From contig JAILEM010000150.1 of the NCBI GenBank assembly GCA_024687745.1, forward strand, positions 68,869-100,868: a stretch of DNA of 32,000 nt, written 5' to 3'. Origin of the DNA: Lachnospiraceae bacterium. GTDB taxonomy: Bacteria; Bacillota; Clostridia; Lachnospirales; Lachnospiraceae. Below the pieces are notes generated by a model. The model saw only the letters and a list, made by a program, of their open reading frames with translations. It had not been told where the DNA came from and made no database searches. Shown here piece after piece: positions 27,362 through 32,000 of this stretch. The position numbers and the translations under genes are program-made. Each line of letters starts with the position of its first letter. Position 1 is the first letter of the stretch.

Positions 27362-27380
27362 TTCATTCTCCTTCACTTCT

Positions 27381-27453
27381 TAAATTATAAAAGGCAAAAT
27401 ATCCTTTGAAGACCTGTCACATTTTTAATGACCGTATCAAATAATATTTTGCC
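27381..27453 (-). terminator. Long imperfect hairpin plus U-rich tract between the GH88 operon and glgP. It is a putative terminator that overlaps a candidate glgP -10 (TATAAT, 27384-27389).
   Basis: The minus strand reads GGCAAAATAT-ta-TTTGA-tacg-GTCA-ttaaaaatg-TGAC-aggtct-TCAAA-gg-ATATTTTGCC followed by TTTTATAATTTA. The outer 10-bp arms are perfect (27444-27453 and 27393-27402). Confidence 0.35.
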
Positions 27454-27488
27454 ACAATATCGTTTACTTTTCAATATATCCTTTAATC

Positions 27489-28289
27489 TTACGGCTGATT
27501 ACCGCATATCATTCCATCTATTCCGATGCTGCAGAGATAGTCTGTTCTTTCGGGAACTGTCATATTTTTAAACTCCTCACCTTCAGACCATTTCTCGAGA
27601 AAGGCCGAACATATTCTCCCTATCCTCATAACCTCATCCCTGGATCCATCCGAAAGCTCCTGAGTGTACAGGCTTATCCTTCCTCCCTCTCTTCCGTCCA
27701 GTCCCATAAAATGATCGAACCATTCAGCCCTGTAATATCCAAAAGCAGCATAAATACCGAAAAAATCAGCCATCAGTTCATCATGAAGATTGTTTCTGGC
27801 GCTTCCATAAAACCTTCTCGTATAATAGTGCGTGTACTCATGCTCACGCCTGAGGATCATCGATCTTTCCCTCCACTCCTTTTTTGGAATTCCCATCCAT
27901 GAAGCTTCAACATTGCTGTATGGTTTTTTTGATAATACTATAAACCTGTTAGTCTTACCCGCAAGAAATGATGCTCCCTGTTTTTTTACATTATCATTCC
28001 ATATACCCTTATTGGCAACATTGGTGATAAAGAGTTCAAAATCATCATCATTCCCTATCTCTATGACGGGTATCGTCCCTGCAAATGAATCATAAAGACA
28101 GATGGAAACCTCTGAAGGCTCTTTAAAATCAACGGGACGCGAATTTATCAGATATTCATTTAACAGCTCTGCATGATCCTCATCTCCCGAAAGGATATCT
28201 CTCCAGACGCTAAGAAAGGCTGAATCATCCTCCGGTTCGCTTTTCTGTGTAAGAACGTTTTTTATATAATTCCGTGTTTCTTCTGTCAT
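27489..28289 (-). CDS. Hypothetical protein with an HExxH...E (gluzincin-like) motif; last gene of the GH88 operon
   Basis: 266 aa with no signal peptide or TM segments. The motif REHEYTHYYTRRFYGSARNNLHDE spans aa 148-171 (27777-27848, with the core HEYTH...E at 27777-27842). The ATG at 28289 forms an ATGA overlap with the upstream stop and is preceded by AAGGGAAAGGA. I did not recognise a family. Confidence 0.7.
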   Translation of the reverse strand: MTEETRNYIKNVLTQKSEPEDDSAFLSVWRDILSGDEDHAELLNEYLINSRPVDFKEPSEVSICLYDSFAGTIPVIEIGNDDDFELFITNVANKGIWNDNVKKQGASFLAGKTNRFIVLSKKPYSNVEASWMGIPKKEWRERSMILRREHEYTHYYTRRFYGSARNNLHDELMADFFGIYAAFGYYRAEWFDHFMGLDGREGGRISLYTQELSDGSRDEVMRIGRICSAFLEKWSEGEEFKNMTVPERTDYLCSIGIDGMICGNQP

Positions 28290-29122
28290 TCCTTTCCCTT
28301 TCCACTGTGTGGATCCGGGGCCTTTGCTATGGACCTCTCCTGCTTTCTTACCCCATAGAGTTCTATCTGGGTGATCGCAGGAAACGGCGAGGGATCATCT
28401 GCCTTTTTCAGATCCTTTATCAGTATATATGAAGTCTCCCGCGGCTCAAATTTAAAGGACTGTGCCTCACCCGTTTTTTCAAATCTGAGACAGATCGTAC
28501 TTTTATCGGAAAACTCAAGTGTTGCTTCCGTAAAATAGCTGTCATGCGGAAAATCAGCCCTTAAATAAATAACGATCTCATCCGCAAGGACAGCTGTTCC
28601 GAATTCTATCTTTATCTTTGCATCGGGATCCCTGTTTATCCCCCAGGAACTGTAGGGCCATTCCCCATGGGATTCATTGGCTTTTATACCGTCTATCGCA
28701 TTTCTTGCCGCAAATACCGACTCATTCCTGGTCTCAACGTTTGCCGATGCGTGCGGATAAGCAGTTTTATTATCGTGATGATCACAGACATTTATCGCCT
28801 GGTTACGCCTTGACCATATCTCCTCCTTCAGAGCTTCTCTCACAAAAAGATAATGTCTGTCTCCGGAAAATGCCTTCGGGGAATATGCCTTCCTTCCCTC
28901 TGAAAACGGTATCTTTAATTCATAATTACCGGTAAGATAGATAAGTGATGCTCCCATCGCCTCATCTGCCTGGAACCATACATATACAGGATCCCCTTCA
29001 TACTCAAGCACGATCCTGTCACCCTCTTCATAGGCACCTGTAACAAAAAGACAGGTTTCCCTTTCTCCGTGGGATACATATCTTGTCATACCGTTCTCAC
29101 TTAAAACCTTGATCGAATACAT
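28286..29122 (-). CDS. Protein with a C-terminal discoidin/CBM32-like (DUF7402-like) carbohydrate-binding domain
   Basis: 278 aa. The C-terminal half follows the galactose-binding-like pattern: ASANVE...ARNAIDG...W.SSWG...IKIEFGTAVLADEIVIYLR...ATLEFSDKS...ITQIELYG. The ATG at 29122 is 1 nt after the upstream stop. The RBS is AGAGGTG. Confidence 0.65.
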   Translation of the reverse strand: MYSIKVLSENGMTRYVSHGERETCLFVTGAYEEGDRIVLEYEGDPVYVWFQADEAMGASLIYLTGNYELKIPFSEGRKAYSPKAFSGDRHYLFVREALKEEIWSRRNQAINVCDHHDNKTAYPHASANVETRNESVFAARNAIDGIKANESHGEWPYSSWGINRDPDAKIKIEFGTAVLADEIVIYLRADFPHDSYFTEATLEFSDKSTICLRFEKTGEAQSFKFEPRETSYILIKDLKKADDPSPFPAITQIELYGVRKQERSIAKAPDPHSGKGKE

Positions 29123-29123
29123 T

Positions 29124-30833
29124 TTACACCTCTTCTGTTGATGCGGTTATCACAGTATTTAATACTGATCTTCCCTTCGGTATTGAATATCTTACCGCAG
29201 GGATCAGGGTTTTGTTCCACAAAAGATTGGTATTGGGATCGGCATTTATCACCTCTCCCTCACAACCGTTATCACCCTTTACTTCACAGAATGAAAAGGA
29301 GTTTGAAACCCTTGCATAACCGATTTTTTTCTCGGATATGGTAATGCCTTCCTCCTTCTTTACACAAAAGCCGCAGTCATATGCCTCGCATTCGATATCG
29401 CTTTCTATCTCATGTATCCTTATATGTCCCTTTTCGTTCGGAAGGATATTAGTGACCACACTGATCCCCTTATACGGGCTCCATTTTGAATATACCCCGT
29501 CCTTTAGTATCTTACCCTCTTTGCATATCCTTCTGACATAAATGTATCCGTCTATTTTAAACGCGAGCATACTGTCGGGACAGTTTTCGTGTATCTCATA
29601 GCAGGATTTTGCTATGCTTATACCAAATCCGGAGTCATAGGCAAATTTGGAATATTTTGCAGGCAGCTGTCCGTGCCCCTCACTGCTGTATTTTCCGGGG
29701 ACAAAGAGCGTAGAGCGGATCCCGTGATGATATATATACATTTCCGCACTATAGAGTGGATGTGGACCTTTGAGATCCGGAAGCTCTGCGGACTTTTCCC
29801 TGAAGAAGGGATGATCCTCCTTAAGCATAAGAAAAGCAAAGGTTTTTAATGCCCAGTAGGGAGATCCCGGAGCGTTATACCGCTCTGCCATTATAAGATT
29901 GGGATACCCGTAGCCTATCGTAAGTATACCATCCCTGTCAAACATATCTTTTTCAAACCAGTATTTTAAGTGCCTTACGATTATCCCCTTCATTACACCG
30001 AGAGGAAACGGCGTCAGCTTTGTCATAACGCATGCCGAAAAGAATGCTGTCTGCGCAAATCTGTAGGTCAGGGATCTGCCGTAGGGAACAGCTCCTCCCG
30101 TCTCATCGAACCAGTATATGAACTGCCTTGCAAATTCAGATGCCCTTTCCCTGAACTTTTCGGCTCTTACAGGATCTATATCCCCGCATCTGTCGGCATA
30201 AACCAGATTATAAAAATGTACGGCAAAGGATACATAGTAATCCTTCTGGCCGGAAACTCCGTCGCTGTACCATCCTTCCCCCACATAAAAGGTTTCGAAT
30301 TCATCCAGATACCTGTTAAGAAGCTCTTCACTGTACCTTCTTCCGACACTTCTCAGCGCTATATTTACGAGTACGGCAAACATGAGCCAGTTGCATACGG
30401 GAAGCTCATATTCATTTATATGATACAGGTATTTGCTCAGGTCATCCTTTTCCTTCTCACTCAGAGGATCCCAGATCACATCCCTCGTATACAGTATTCC
30501 GTAGGATATGGCTGCCATCTCCACAAATCTCTGGTCAAAGGGATGACACTCTCCCCAATACTCACTGTTCTCAGGATCTGTCCCGTTTACAAGACCCTCC
30601 CTGAATATCTCTTTATATCTCTCATCCTTATCTCCTCCGGCCCAGAGTGGAACAAGTCCCCATAACGGTCTTGAAAAAGCCTCCATCATGGCCGCCTTCC
30701 CGTCATAGTGTGCCGCAGTATCTCCGATGATCATCCCCGCCTTATGCGGAGTCATCAGTCCGACTAAAGGATCTATGATCGATTTTAAAAGGGATACAAA
30801 ATCCTCCCTTGTTTCAAGTCTTTCAATCTTCAT
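29124..30833 (-). CDS. DUF2264-like protein (predicted alpha/alpha-barrel carbohydrate-active enzyme of unknown activity)
   Basis: 569 aa. The N-terminal region (...GDTAAHYDGKAAMMEAFSRPLWGLVPLWAGG...) resembles DUF2264 as I recall it. It is immediately downstream of GH88 with a 6-nt gap. The family assignment is from memory. Confidence 0.7.
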   Translation of the reverse strand: MKIERLETREDFVSLLKSIIDPLVGLMTPHKAGMIIGDTAAHYDGKAAMMEAFSRPLWGLVPLWAGGDKDERYKEIFREGLVNGTDPENSEYWGECHPFDQRFVEMAAISYGILYTRDVIWDPLSEKEKDDLSKYLYHINEYELPVCNWLMFAVLVNIALRSVGRRYSEELLNRYLDEFETFYVGEGWYSDGVSGQKDYYVSFAVHFYNLVYADRCGDIDPVRAEKFRERASEFARQFIYWFDETGGAVPYGRSLTYRFAQTAFFSACVMTKLTPFPLGVMKGIIVRHLKYWFEKDMFDRDGILTIGYGYPNLIMAERYNAPGSPYWALKTFAFLMLKEDHPFFREKSAELPDLKGPHPLYSAEMYIYHHGIRSTLFVPGKYSSEGHGQLPAKYSKFAYDSGFGISIAKSCYEIHENCPDSMLAFKIDGYIYVRRICKEGKILKDGVYSKWSPYKGISVVTNILPNEKGHIRIHEIESDIECEAYDCGFCVKKEEGITISEKKIGYARVSNSFSFCEVKGDNGCEGEVINADPNTNLLWNKTLIPAVRYSIPKGRSVLNTVITASTEEV

Positions 30834-30839
30834 ATCATT

Positions 30840-32000
30840 TTACCAGTATTGATCCCAATCCTTATATAATCTTGTCAGTGCTTCCATATAGAAATAATCA
30901 CCCCAGGAATTACACTCATCAACGCCCTTATGATCACAGGTATTGTATGGAGAATGATTCGAATAGGTACTGTGAAGAACAAGTCCGTTGGAAAGTGAAG
31001 GATCCTTCACTACGCAGCTGTCATAGATGGCAGCCAGAAGCTTCTTTGCTACAGAAGTGTAATATGCGGCTTTTTCCCTGTTTAAATACTTAGACATTTC
31101 CAGCATACCGCACGCGGCTATCGAAGAGCTTGAGGAATCCCTTGGCTCTTCATCACCATCCGTAAATTCAAGATCCCAGTACGGTACAAGGTCCTTTGGC
31201 AGATGACTCAGGAAATATTCTGTCACCTTTTCAAAAAGACCGACGTACTCCTCTCTTTTTGTATATCTGTAGGCAAGTGCAAGGCCGTATATCCCCCAGG
31301 CCTGCCCTCTTGCCCAGGCCGAACCGTCCCTGTATCCCTGGCAGGTAGCACCATGATCGGGTTTACCTGTCTTCATATCAAAGAAAAATGTATGCCAGGT
31401 GGAATAATCCTCCCTGATCACATTTGACACAGCGGTATATATGTGTTTTTCGGCTATTTCCCTGTATCTGTCATCTCCTGTTTCCTCTGTTGCCCAGTAA
31501 AGAAGCGGAAGATTGAGAAGACAGTCTATTATCAGCCTGTAATTACCCGGTTCATCCATCGCTCCCCAGGCCTGGATAAATTCTCCGATGGGATGAAATC
31601 TTCTTATAAGCTGGTCAGCAGCCATTATGGCAGCTTCTCTTGCCTTTTTAAGACCTGTCAGTTTATAAGCTGCAACACAGGATGGGGAATACAGAAATCC
31701 CATATCATGATGATCCACTTCTATCCTGTTAGCTATCCGGTTAAAAAAGGAATCCACATGAATAAAACCGGCTTTCTTAAGCTTATCCGCAGCCTCCGTC
31801 TTATCCCTTGAAAGTGCATATTCATATGCAAGCCATATTTCCCCCGTCCAGAAGCCACAGGTCCAGTAATTGTTCGCGATCTGCTTGTAAAAACCGTTCT
31901 CACTGTATGCGTTCTGAAAAAAATAAGTAAAATCTCCCAGATTATAAAGCACTTCGGAAAGTGAATAATCAAGTCCCTCTGCTATCTCAATATCAGTTAT
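30840..32000 (-). CDS. Glycoside hydrolase family 88 unsaturated glucuronyl hydrolase; 5' end probably off-window
   Basis: It resembles Bacillus UGL-type GH88 closely: WTCGFWTGEIWLAYEY, the catalytic-Asp region VDHHDMGFLYSPS, IIDCLLNLPLLYWA, ARGQAWGIYGLALAYRYT and WGDYFYMEALTRL. The ORF-track start at 31952 is GTG. The same frame stays open to position 32000, so the true start likely lies beyond the window. Confidence 0.9.
   Translation of the reverse strand: MTDIEIAEGLDYSLSEVLYNLGDFTYFFQNAYSENGFYKQIANNYWTCGFWTGEIWLAYEYALSRDKTEAADKLKKAGFIHVDSFFNRIANRIEVDHHDMGFLYSPSCVAAYKLTGLKKAREAAIMAADQLIRRFHPIGEFIQAWGAMDEPGNYRLIIDCLLNLPLLYWATEETGDDRYREIAEKHIYTAVSNVIREDYSTWHTFFFDMKTGKPDHGATCQGYRDGSAWARGQAWGIYGLALAYRYTKREEYVGLFEKVTEYFLSHLPKDLVPYWDLEFTDGDEEPRDSSSSSIAACGMLEMSKYLNREKAAYYTSVAKKLLAAIYDSCVVKDPSLSNGLVLHSTYSNHSPYNTCDHKGVDECNSWGDYFYMEALTRLYKDWDQYW

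Noticed and set aside
27431-27444. CcpA cre-like site (TTGATACGGTCATT on the minus strand) upstream of glgP
   Set aside because: It does not fit the TGNAANCGNTNNCA spacing when aligned position by position.
29970-30665. 231-aa plus-strand ORF
   Set aside because: It is antisense to the DUF2264-like gene, which is tightly coupled to its neighbours. The protein is Cys/Arg-rich and atypical, with no RBS.
1-32000. Mobile elements, prophage, defence systems, toxin-antitoxin pairs, tRNA or rRNA genes
   Set aside because: I saw no integrase, transposase, nuclease/helicase/methylase signatures, terminal inverted repeats or stable-RNA hallmarks. Every intergenic gap is shorter than 170 nt except 1-359.

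Overview
This window looks like a chromosomal segment from a moderately AT-rich Firmicute. The protein content suggests Clostridia or Lachnospiraceae, but that is inference only. I count 24 protein-coding genes, 21 of them on the minus strand, packed with very short gaps. I saw no tRNA or rRNA genes, CRISPR arrays, transposases, integrases or recognisable defence genes.

Gene order on the minus strand, read from high to low coordinates:
- A polysaccharide-utilisation operon: GH88 unsaturated glucuronyl hydrolase (5' end off-window), DUF2264-like protein, discoidin/CBM-like protein, and an unknown HExxH protein.
- An apparently uninterrupted string: glgP, two paralogous 7TM hybrid histidine kinases (the second carries an HPt domain), a divergent MetRS-like class I tRNA ligase, and orphan ptsI.
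- After a small plus-strand island (B12-binding radical SAM protein, azlC, azlD), the minus strand continues with an ABC-F ATPase, greA, an Ogg-type glycosylase, a DUF1653 protein, a GT2 glycosyltransferase, a DagK-like lipid kinase, a PAP2 phosphatase and glyA.
- Last is a four-gene envelope acylation module: MBOAT, DHHW, a long bitopic SGNH protein with an acidic tandem repeat, and a lipoprotein.
- The far left end carries a perfect consensus promoter firing leftward into a leader of at least 220 nt with no ORF.

Nothing here is demonstrably a new system. The best candidates for uncharacterised biology are:
- the MBOAT/DHHW/SGNH/lipoprotein module;
- the HExxH and CBM-like genes inside the GH88/DUF2264 operon;
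- the glgP-HK-HK-MetRS-like-ptsI array, including the non-canonical KASSS motif in the ligase;
- the unclassified promoter-plus-leader element at 1-256.

Several ORF-track starts are GTG or TTG. I re-assigned these by hand wherever a better RBS-supported start exists.
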